A DNA stretch of 64,000 nucleotides. It comes from Oikopleura dioica (Eukaryota; Animalia; Chordata). This document shows, piece after piece, positions 34,346 to 45,538 of this stretch. Under the pieces are notes generated by a model, which worked only from the letters and a program-made list of their open reading frames with translations, made no database searches and was not told the origin of the DNA. The stretch spans positions 8,680,001-8,744,000 of the forward strand of contig OU015566.1 of assembly GCA_907165135.1 (NCBI GenBank), given 5' to 3'. The position numbers were made by a program, and so were the translations under genes. How positions within the stretch are numbered: the stretch's first letter is position 1; every line of letters begins with the position of its first letter.

Positions 34346-37300
34346 ATGCGCCTGATAGGCCTGGCTGCGGCGGTGGCACATACTGCTGCTGGTAAGTAAC
34401 TAGAATATTCTTTGATATTTAAAAGTTGAGACAGGAAAAGCGTCGTGAACACGTGTTATAAATAGCGATGAATTAAATGAGCAGTTGGCCCTTGTGATAG
34501 AAATAAATTTAGGTTAGAACGTGAGCGTTATTTGTAGTTGTGACAAGTCTCTCACACAGAACATCAGTACTTGAAAATTTCACGGTCATTTATTAACTTC
34601 TGGCTCGTTTTTTCTTCAAAATAATCTTACGAAATTTCGGAACTGGGGAGTTTCTGGGATTTTTCACCTGACTTTTACTGTCAAATATGAAAATAAACGT
34701 TCATCTTTTCGATTTAAAATCATCTTTTTTTGACATCGTGCCTGGGCTCAAATCGTTTGATGTTTTGCGGTATCTTAGAAGCATTCTTTCTAAATTATGA
34801 CGTGAAAGTTTATGGACGCAAAGTTTGGGATTTCATTATCTCAGAGAGTTTCTTGACGTTTCTTATCGCTTATCAGTGTCTTTGGACGTGATTAACCTTC
34901 CAGAATAATTGGATGATTACCCATGACTACACGAACAGTCAACTTGATTTTTTTCTTTCAGGTAGCGAATTCGCGGTACCTGCCCAGTGGGCTGAGTGGG
35001 GAAAATGGTCTCCTTGTTCTGATTTATGTAGCGAAGACGGAACGAGATCTCGACAAAGGGCATGCGCTTTTGGTGTGATTGGTGAGGGATCTTGCATAGA
35101 AAAGTCGGGGTCTTCTTCGCGCGATGAAGAATCTTGCGGCGGCAACTGCCCATCAACTCCTTGTTCGAGCAATATTTTCAACCTAAGAAATCAACACACT
35201 GTTTCGATATCACAACCACCAGCTGAAATTTGCTTCAGGAAAAGATAAAAATATTATTATTTTTTTAAATCTCAATATTACTCAATTCTAATCATTACGT
35301 ATCCAAATTAAAGATATACGTCAAATGGCTCGTCAAGTTTTGGTCGTTTATTTGAGCATGATTCCATTATCATCGAAATTGAAGATGACGAGTTCGCCTT
35401 TAACTCCGACCAAAAAACGAAAATACAGCTCGACAACTTTATTTGCATTGATTACAGTTACACGAAATTTGGCATCAAAATCCCTAGAATCAATGTCAAT
35501 GGGCACATTATGCAAGCAAAAGCAACCCCGAGTGGAAGTACTGTGCTGACTCTTGGAGACTCATCTGCTGGTAATTTAGGCACCATTTATGAAGTGTCTG
35601 CCTCGTCAAGCGCCACAAACGAAGGAATGCTTAGAGACGCGCAGGAGGCAAATTACTTTTGCAATGGTGGTGATTTGGAGCTTACATTTGGAGGAATCGA
35701 CACAGGAGTTCTAACCGGCGATAACTCTTGGCAAGCGTGGGGAGCTTGCAGCGACAACTGTGGTGGCGGAAGGTCTTATAGATATCGACAACCTTTGAGT
35801 TTTGAAGACAGTGAAATCGTCCAAGTCTACAGAACATGTAATACTTCACTTTGCCCTGCAGGATGGGGTGATTGGTCTGAATGGACTCAATGCGACTCTT
35901 CATGTGGCGAAGGAAGAAACCACAGAACTCGTGAATGCACCGGCAATCCAGACGCCTGCATCGGCGAAAAGAACGAGTTCAGAGATTGCTCTGGCGTCGA
36001 ATGCCCAACTTGTTCATATTCCCACTGGAAGTTTCCAGAAGAACAGAGTATTACCAACTATCTCATAATGACTGATATTCTTCCTGACATGCAAAGCACG
36101 TCAATTTGCTTCGCCGTGAACTCTGGAAGTGAAGATTTGATTGGAACTGTTTTCTCCTACTCTAAGCCGTACACGCCACGTGGAAACGAGCTTCTTTTTA
36201 TTGGAAAAGACATGAATGTTGACAGCATTCGACTCTACAGAAATGACTTTAGCCTTGAGATCGACAATGGATTCCTCAATCCGGAGGGTAAAACTCAATT
36301 TTGCGTTGTTGTCCAAGGCCAGCCAGACATGACGACTTCTATCAGCATCTACGTTGATGGATTCTACAGAAACGGAGATATTGATACAACCTACACCGGT
36401 GGACGAGCCGTTCCTGGCGAAGGTGAGATGATCATCGGTCAAGACCAAGACTGCATCTTTGGCTGCTTCAACAGCACTCAAGCTTTCGTTGGAAGTCTGT
36501 ACGACTTGCAGATCTTTGATTATGCAATGTCTCCTGATGACGTCATGAATTTGCATTTTGGCGGCAGTTGCGGTGATCGTGCTCCACTCACGGATATCTC
36601 GGAATCAAAGGTCATGGTCAACGGCGACTTAGTCCACCAAGGCGAGTGGTCCGAGTGGGGTGAATTCGGCGAATGTAACTGTGCAACTGGCTCCCAGAAG
36701 AGAACTCGATGGTGCAAGGGTGGTAAGGCCAATGATGCAAGCTGCGTCGGTCCTCACGAAGAAAAACAAAGCTGCGAAACAGCAGCTTGTCCAGTAAGCG
36801 AGGAATGGTCATCTTGTTCTGTTGAATGTGGAGCGGTTGGATCTCGATCCCGACTTGTGGACGGCAACGTTGAGGTTGAAGAGTGTGGAGCTCATGCGTG
36901 CAGGGAAATTTCTGAATGGGGCGCATGGTCGAGTTGCTCAGTGACTTGCGGAGATGGATTCGAGTACAGATCGAGACGATGCTACAATGGTCCTTGCGCT
37001 GATGTTGAGCTTCAAGAATCAAGATTCTGTGACAACGGCGGTGTTTTGGGACGATGTGGAAATCACTGGGATCTTCCATGGGACTGTGGAACTGTTGCTG
37101 GCGCTCCTGGCCGTCTCAATACACAGCAAAGTCGAGTTGTCAATGGCTACCAAGCAAAGCCAAAAGAGATTCCATGGGGATGTATGCTTGAAGCCCGTGG
37201 AGAGCCTTCCTGTGGTACCTCTATCGTCGCGCCAAAATGGACCATCTGCGCTGCTCATTGTATTCAACCATACGACAAACCTGAGCAGTTCAGAATTATC

Positions 37301-39304
37301 TGTGGCGTTACAGATAGAACCAATTACGGACTGTACTCCCAGGTGAATAAGGTCAAGGCATTCTACATGCACCCTCAGTACGATCCACTTACCGTCAATT
37401 TTGATCTTTCTCTTTTCCGTAAGTAACTTTTTCTTCGATTAAAAAATAACATTCTTCCTTAAAGTCGTTGAGAAACCATGGCAATTCAACGACTACGTTC
37501 GCCCAATCTGTCTACCAGGCAAGCACATGTTTCCACCGACCGGAACTCTTTGCAAAATCTCTGGTTTTGGTTCAACAAAAGATTCCGTTCCCGGCACCTT
37601 TGTCTTCAACATTCAAATGTCAAATGTCATGAATGTCGCCGTTGTACCGATTCTAGAGCAATCTGGTTGCGCAACACGCATGGCCACGCAAATCTCCCGA
37701 AACATGTTCTGCGCTGGTTATTTTGAGGGCGGAACAGATGCCTGTCAGGTGAGCGCAGAATTTATAAATTAGAATCGAATAACGCCCGGGAGGCTCTCCC
37801 AGGAGGAATTTTACGAAATAAAAATTGATTGATTTAATTTTAAAATCATTTAGGGTGACTCTGGTGGACCAATTGCTTGTCTAGTTGGAAGTGATCAGCG
37901 ATGGCAGCTTACTGGAGTCGTCTCCTGGGGCATTGGATGTGCGCAAAAAGATCTCCCTGGCGTCTACACAAAACTTGCAATGACAATCGACTGGGTTTAC
38001 GAACACATCGGTCAAAATGCCGGACTCGACCCTGCCTGCCGCGCAGAACCGAAACGAATTGAAGGCCCACGAGGTTACGTGCGATCACCACTCTACGATG
38101 GCTCCTCTCCCTACGGATACAACCAGCACTGTCATTGGATCGTCAATTTGACCCCACAAAAGGGTCTCATGGTGATCAAATTCCAAGAATTTAACTTGGA
38201 ATATTCGAAAAATTGCCGATCTGACAGTTTGACTATTTACGATGGAAAGAATCTCGACATCAACCGGGGTAGCTGGTGCGGCGTTTCCGGACCTGCTCAG
38301 TATGTCGTCGACAGTCCAAATACGTCTGTCAAGCTTGTCTTGAAGACTAATGCTGATAACAACGGCCAGTACGTATTCAATGATTATGACTGCTTTAATC
38401 AAAATCATCTAGAAATCCAACTGGATTTGAAATGTTGTACTCCCGACCAAAAGGAAAAGCCAGCAAAGTTTGTAAGCGACCTGAAAACATATAATTTCGG
38501 TTCTCTTGACTCATTTTTAGCGAAGAAAGGAGGCTGCGGATTCCCAATGGAAGATACTGTTTCTTATGGAGTCGTTCGATCAGTTCAGTCTGTCGGCTGG
38601 CCACTCAACCCGCCAAACAAGTACGCCTATCGCGTCCCTTTCAAAGTGACATTTTGATTCAGCTATGACCCGACATGTCTCTACACAATTCGATTCAACA
38701 AAGAAAATGGTAACAAAGACCTCGACCTGCCAGCAGTCTGGTTCGAAGACCCAATCGATCCGTGGTGCCGAAAAGCTATCAAATTTGCAAAATCAACGTG
38801 AGTGCTCTATTTTTTTATGGTATTGTTAAAATGGCGTTTTTTTATGAGCTACGAATGAAGCATTCGTAGTTGTATCATTTCTTAAATGATATTTTTCAAA
38901 AATTCAAGTTTCTAAGTTCGTTTGCTAACTTAGATTTATTCAGAAAATTCACCTCTAAAACTCAAATCAAAAATAGAGAGGCTGAAGATCTTTTCGATGG
39001 CAAACCATATGTAAGCACCAAGAATGTGTTCTCAATGGCTATCGACAGAAAGCAAGGCGGAGATCGATGTAGATTCAAGCTTCATTACACTGGTTGTAAG
39101 AAGAGTGATAAGAAGGGACAAGACTGTCTGAAGATCCTCGAGAAATTCGTCGAGGCAAAACGTCAGACTCAGAAGGTAGGTGGAAAGACGCGGACTTTGA
39201 ATCCGAAGAAAACTCCAAAAAATAAAGGATCTCGAAAGAAAAGGCCAATTTCCAAACCTTGGAAATATCAAAATCAAGTGTTTCCGAGCAATATAATTGG
39301 CTAA
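34346..39304 (+). CDS. Secreted mosaic serine protease: TSP1 repeats, pentraxin domain, trypsin domain, CUB domains
   Basis: Signal [15 protein letters not shown] and WxxWxxCS TSP1 repeats. Pentraxin motifs GTVFSYS..NELL and [19 protein letters not shown]. Activation site R-VVNG, triad AAHC / NFDLSL / DACQGDSGGP, and CUB (GYVRSP..C.W..FNLE..C..DSL.IYDG). The 3' end may instead splice on to 39555-41303. Confidence 0.85.
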
Positions 39305-39554
39305 TACTTAATCTCTGGCAATAATATCATGTAGAAAATCAAGACAGTATATTATACTGTATATAGGTAGAAGTGAAATTATGAAAAACATGTGTCAATT
39401 ATTTTTCTATCCTCAAATGTACTCTGTATATATATGTTTACCTAGATAGCTTCTCTTTTGGCCTGTCTTCTGCCTGTTTCGGCAGGCCAACAAAATAGCC
39501 GTCTTTTCTGAAATAAAAACACTCAAAATTTCAAAAATGCACAATGAGTTTAGG

Positions 39555-41303
39555 TAGAAACGCGAACCTCTGGCTCTGCTCGTTCGTGCGCTCTCCGGGA
39601 CTACTCATCAAATCCTAACCAGCTCGGACTTAGGCCCGGGCTTGACACACACGTATTTTTATGTATTGCCAAATAATCGACACGATTAATTTGGTGAAAT
39701 TTGAACTTTGGGAGCTGAGTTTGGATAATCACCAGCTTGTTCGTTCGGTGTCGTGTATCAACGCGGATTACAGTTGGAAAGAGACTGTTATCTCGTTCGC
39801 GGACTTGAGATTCCCCGAAAGCGCCCGAACCAACCAGTTTGGTGAGTGTCTAGCTCAACTCGTTTTTGTTTGTCTTCCTTGATTTCAATTCATACACTCA
39901 AAAAGTGTGAAACCCGGTAACAAGTGTTTCAACTGATCCAATCAAATCTTACTCGTCCCTCGTCGCCTTGGATCTTCTTTTGCCACCAGAGCAAAATAAA
40001 TCAAACAGCAAAAGAAGAGGTCGTCGTTCTCCAAGAAAGCAAGGCAAACGACCAGGAATGTCGAAGAAACCAGCGCAACCATTCAAGCCTGGGCGAAACG
40101 ACAAGAACAAAAGTAAACCAAAGAAGATTGTCAGAAACATCTGCTCTGGAAGCTTGGTCGGTAATAACCAGTGCTTTGTTACATCGGAACAGTGTGGCAA
40201 GATGATCAACCGAATGTCCATGGGAAGAAATACTCCCACACCAGCAAGAGTCGCCGGCATTTCTTATCAAACAAGGTTTCGGCGCTCTTAGAAAATATGA
40301 TTGTTTATTTTGAACTTTTTAGCACGTGCAAACTTTCGCCAAAAATTCCGAATGGCGCTGCCATTGCTGTCTGCAAGTTTGATAACGCGGTGAATTTCAA
40401 TTCTGCTGTTGTGCCCTGTTTCAGCAGCGAGGAACCAAGCCCAAAAGAGCTTCTCGTTGCTTCTTCTCAGTCAAATATCAACTCTGCGAAAGGAAAGGGC
40501 GAGGCGATTTTCCGAACTTGGTTGCCAGCTAATCCTTCCTCTAAAGACTCTTCGTTCTCTACATCCGGTAAGTGGCCTAAAGTTCATCTTCTTAGATTGA
40601 AAAATACAAAATAGTATGAGAGGTTTCACTTCTGACTTGTTTTAAGGAGTTTCTTTCACTGCTGGCTTTGATGGTGGTAAAAGTGTCCAACTTGCAGAAT
40701 CTGGATTTCCGATTTATCGAGAAGTCGACGACGCAAGAGAGCTTCTTGGAATTCAAATTTCTGCTGGTAAAAATGACCATGATGTTGAATTCGCATCCAT
40801 TACCCGTCATGCCGAATGGATTCAATCTGCTTGTGATGAATTCGTTGATGAAGACACTGCTGCTGAATTTGATAGAGCTGAATTTGAAGATCCTTGTGGA
40901 GAAGAAATGGTGATCGAACTTGACGAGAACTGTTCGCCTCAGCCTATCAGCAGTCCAGGCTATCCAAATCCACACAGAAATGGACTCAACTGTAAATGGA
41001 CGATTGTCGGCCCTGAGGACTCAAAGGTACAGTTCATTGAAAACCATGATTTTAATTTATAACTAGGTCGTTCTTGAACTCTTCGATGCAGACATCGAAG
41101 GAAGCAAGCATTTGAAAAAGTGTACAAATGATGTTCTGGCGTGGAACCCTACTCCCGAGCGATCGCCAATTCATCTTTGCTCCTCCCAGCCGATTCAGAC
41201 GCGCTACGTGGCGACGGGCAACAGAGCGGAACTTCAGTTCAACACCGACGAGTGGCTTGGAGGTCGTGGTTTCGATGGTCAAGTCTCCTGTGTGAGGCGA
41301 TAG
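39555..41303 (+). CDS. Catalytically dead trypsin-like domain plus CUB domain (3' part of the protease gene, or a separate gene)
   Basis: CSGSLV..VTSEQC (His lost), AAIAVC (Asp lost), VVPC, AESGFP, ..HAEWIQ. CUB follows: CG..ISSPGYPNPHRNGLNCKWTI..ELQFNTD..GRGF. The 5' exon structure is unresolved. Confidence 0.7.
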
Positions 41304-41840
41304 TCATCCATGGCAACTGCTGATCACCAGCAAGCAACTGTACTAGCCAATGTAAATTCTCAAGATAAAATATGTTCGTTTGTCCACGCTTTACCTAATC
41401 TGTCCAACATTTCAATTTCCCACTCGAGCGCCACGTGATTAGCTCTAGAACTGTCTCGTTATATCTGTGTGGGGACAGAGGTAGAAGTTCTCCAGCTAGG
41501 TACGCCACGCCGAGTGTTTTTATTCTCAGACTTGTACAAAAAGCACAAAAAGCAACAAATAATCAAGCAAAAGGGGATGAATCCTTTGCGAATAAGTATT
41601 TACGCTTTTGTGAATTTTATTCAATTCACCGCCAAATATACACCAACTGGAATCAATCTGTTCTTTGTTGTTAGGTTCAATCAAGAGAGGTGGTTACTCA
41701 ACCGGTTTGTTTTTGTTGTGTCAAAAGGTTCCAAAAATTCGAAAGTGAATCCATCCATGAAAACCATCGACTCAAGAAATGGGGCGTGAAAGCACGGATA
41801 AAAAGCGACCGCCAGGGTGACTTCGATTCATTCTAGAGAG

Positions 41841-42876
41841 ATGAAAGTTATTGCTTCAATCCTTGCTCTTTCCTCTGCGACAACTTGTCCAAACGCCGCC
41901 TGGGAGTACGACAGCGTTAACAGTGTCTGTATTCCTGCCGCCGACTCGGACTTCGCATTCACTTGCAATAGCGCTGGTACAATTTCTATCGATTTTAAAC
42001 TCGAGCATCTTTACTCAAATGTGGCGAATTCTTTCCTCACGGAAGCACAGACTGCTCTGACAGATGATGGCGCTGTTGGCCCGACAAATGATGTCTATAC
42101 TTACGCGGATAAAGCGATGACTTTCAGCCAAGCTAGTGCTGATAAAATTGTTGGAACTTTTGTTCTTGCTGTAAGAAATTATTCGTTGAAATCAACTTAA
42201 AGATATCTAGGGAACACTTTATACAAGAGACGTTACAACTGAGAGTGGCGACTCAGTTACAATGGAGATTTCTGATCCGATCACGACGACACTCACGTGC
42301 GAATATTCCTCGACGATAGCGACTAGTACAGAGCTTGAAATAGTCGCACCCTGACTTATAGTAACCCGACTGCAGGAAGCTACAATTTGGCAGATCTAAT
42401 GACAGCAACACTGAGCTTCAATGGGAGCCCGCAGACCTCGTTTGCGCTTGGAGATCAAGTTGATGTTGCAATTACTGAGCCGACGGCATTTCTTGCCTCG
42501 GCGGAAGTTAAACTTGTGGCATGCACCGTCTACGAAGATATCAATACTCTGTCTCGTCCGATTGAAATAATTAAGTCCGCAAGCTGTGGAATAAGCGTTC
42601 TGTCGGCAGCAGCGACAGATGAATATAATTTTTCGTTCAGGCTAGGATTTTCAAATGCTTTACTTTTACAACTTTTGAAAAATTCATTTTGAAAAACCAT
42701 AACCAAGTGCATTCCAATACTCAACTACACCAGGCCAGAGTCTGAATCTTCAATGCTCCTACCAAATCTGTCTCACCGATGGAAGCGGGACTCTTGAATT
42801 GTCAACTTGTTTTGATTCGGTCGACGCGAAAAAGGGTGAAGCTCAAGCTGATACCGCTACCTACACATGCACATAG
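41841..42876 (+). CDS. Secreted ZP-domain-like protein (single frameshift near 42350)
   Basis: Signal MKVIASILALSSA, then CPNAAWEY..CIP..FTC and TCEY. ZP-C-like segment VKLVACTV..IIKSASC..FSFSAFQY..LQCSYQIC. No TM segment. Confidence 0.7.
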
Positions 42877-43011
42877 CCAAATTTTTTAATTCCTGCTGAA
42901 TATACATTTTAAACAAAACAAAATGCTTGTTGTTTGTCGCTTGGCAGTCTAATTTGATAATTTGACATCGCAAATATTTATTGCGCGAAAAGTAAAATAC
43001 TAACATTGAAC

Positions 43012-43453
43012 CTAGGGTCGGCATCGACCGCCCTTTTTCAATGTCGGGTCGGGTCGGGCCACTTTGAAATGGCCGAAATCATGGTCGGGTCGGGTCGGGT
43101 CGAGTCGGCCTTTTGGTCGGGTCGGTGGTCGGTTTTTTTTAACCAATGAGAATGATGAAAAAGCTTCAAAATCGAAAGATGGGGGTTATGAAACTTTCGA
43201 TTTTATAAATGTCCTAAATTCTAAATGGTTTGGCGCTAGTGACATTAAAATATGAAAAACTTCTCGAATAACCGAAGTGAATTTATGTCAGAAAACATGC
43301 CCGAGAATGAGCGAAAACCGACCACGGACCCGACAAAAACCCGACCATCGACCGACCAACGACAAATCTCAATGTCGGGTCGGGTCGGTCCGACCAAAAC
43401 CCGACCCGACACCCGACAATGTCGTTTTGGTCGATGGTCGGCGCCGACCCTAG
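43012..43453. mobile_element. Non-autonomous DNA transposon (MITE), hAT-like, 442 bp
   Basis: Terminal inverted repeats CTAGGGTCGGCatCGACC / GGTCGgcGCCGACCCTAG. Perfect 8-bp TSD CATTGAAC at 43004-43011 and 43454-43461. Subterminal (GGGTC)n/(GACCC)n repeats and no transposase. Confidence 0.92.
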
Positions 43454-43558
43454 CATTGAACAGAAAGTCCGGCTATTTCTAAGTGTCATTGAGAGAATTT
43501 TAAAAGTTTCAAGCGGTCCGCCTGTTTTTAAAATCTTTCTTATTGGCAGTACAGAACT

Positions 43559-45155
43559 ATGAGATTCTTTGATGAAGATAGTAGACGAATTCAACTTTAT
43601 ATCATCTGCGGATTATTTACCTTGGTGAGATATCATCAATTTTTATTTACAAGAGAATAACTTGGACTTAGGTTATTTTCCATTGTTCGATAAAGGAACC
43701 GGAACCGATAGAGTCGAATAATTATTATTTTGCTCAAGCAAGAAATTATTTTGGACAACAAGCTGTTCTTAAATTCAACGAAAAGATTGTCAATAAAGAA
43801 GAGGAAATTGATGATGATGATGATGATATTTGGGAATACAGAGAAAATGTCTTTATTCAAGGATGCGCAAAAGATAATTGTCAAATGATTGCGACTCTAG
43901 AAGAAGCAAAGAAACTGTGTTTGGAAGATAGAGAATGTTTTGGTGTCATATCATCAAAAAATTCCTACCAGCTCCGAGGAGGACCAGGAGTTAAACCGAG
44001 CAAGATCGAAAATTCTTGGATACGAAGAACGGTTAAATGCAGTGACGTAGATACCACTGGCGCATTCTTAGATGTTGGGTTGATGGAGGAACGGTACCCA
44101 CTGATAAAACAAGCAAAAACCATCAGAGATGGAAAATGCGAGTATTCTTTCGGGCTTAGCCACTTGAATGACCTCATTCGATTTGACAAAAATATGAAGC
44201 CAACAGTTATCCATCAGCCGGACGAATGTTCTTTTAAAAATCAAAATAAAAGCTCAATTATTTTCGGAATAAAAACCATTCCGTCAGCAAGGGATTTTCG
44301 TAAAGCAATTCGAGAGACCTGGCTGAGCAAGAAGATTTGGGATTGGCTTGGGTTCGAAATAAAGATTGTTTTTGTCGTCGGAAGACCAGGGGAAGTCGAT
44401 CTGGATGAAGAAACGCAAACATACAATGATCTGCTTATAGTCGATTTTGATGAAAGCCACTACAACTTGCCCTTCAAGGACATCGCATTCTTAAAATTCA
44501 TCAAGAACAGATGCTGCAATGTTGATTTTGTGTTCAAAGGAGACGATGATATTATGCTCATCTTAGGGCTTCTTAATTTTATTCGAATTACGCAATAAAA
44601 TACTAATATAAAAAGTTTAATTAAAAGCCCGTCTAAGTCCTCAAAATCTCGCGAAGGAAATTCAACTGATAAAAGACCGTCCCAAAATCCAAGCGATCGG
44701 ATGTCTCAAAGGGCCCGACACAGTTATCCGTGCTCCGAAATTCAAATATTTCGTACCCGAGCAACTTTACAAACCAGGATCGTACCCGGAATATTTTTCT
44801 GGAGCAGCGTACGTAACAAGTGGAGAATTCTCGTTGAAACTTGAAGAGCAGATCGATCATGCCCCGGTGATACCACTTGATGATACGTATATTGGTACTT
44901 TGATTCAATCTGCGAAGATAAGGTATAAATTCCATGTTATAAAATGATAATCATTATTTTAGTGAGCATATGAGCCGCTCTTTGACAATTTGTATGGGCG
45001 TTCGTCCAAGTTGGTTCGGAGAGGAAATCAAAAACAACGATATTTGCATCATCCGTGGACTCACAGTCGCTCACAAGTACACGGATCCTGAATTCATGAA
45101 ATACTCTTTTCACGATGTTGTTTCGGGCCAATTTGTATGCAACGGCGAAGGGTAA
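43559..45155 (+). CDS. GT31 beta-1,3-glycosyltransferase (B3GNT/B3GALT-like) with a PAN/apple-like stem module
   Basis: Type II anchor MRFFDEDSRRIQLYIICGLFTLVIF. Family motifs RKAIRETW, DFDESHYNLPFK, FVFKGDDD, YPEYFSGAAY and LDDTYIG. Confidence 0.88.
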
Positions 45156-45538
45156 GGCGAACGGGCTAGTTGAAAATTTTCTTTTTATAATTTTTTTTTC
45201 AAGGCTAAAAGAAGATTCATGGCTGGATGCTTGGAGAAGAAATTATGATAACTTTACGATTTACAGCGGATCTTTATAGTTTGTCTGTAAAGAACGAAAT
45301 GGAAAATATCAAAAATCAAATCTGTAATTGAATCCATTACGTAATGCATTATAGCGATGTTCTACTCGGAGTAGTGGCGCTCCCCGGGGCCAAGTTCCGG
45401 CTTATCATCTCTCCCAGCACCTTCTTCCTCTAGTGAATGGCCACTACAGCCGAGCATTCTTTGTATTGTTGAAAATATGATTATAGTAAATTGATAAATC
45501 GCAAGAGAAATCAAGAGTAAAAGAAGACGTTAACAAGA

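Noticed and set aside
43012-43453. GGGTC repeats as a CRISPR array, telomere or coding ORFs
   Set aside because: There is no repeat-spacer structure. The repeats lie within TIRs and a TSD, so they are MITE subterminal repeats, and the ORFs there are spurious.
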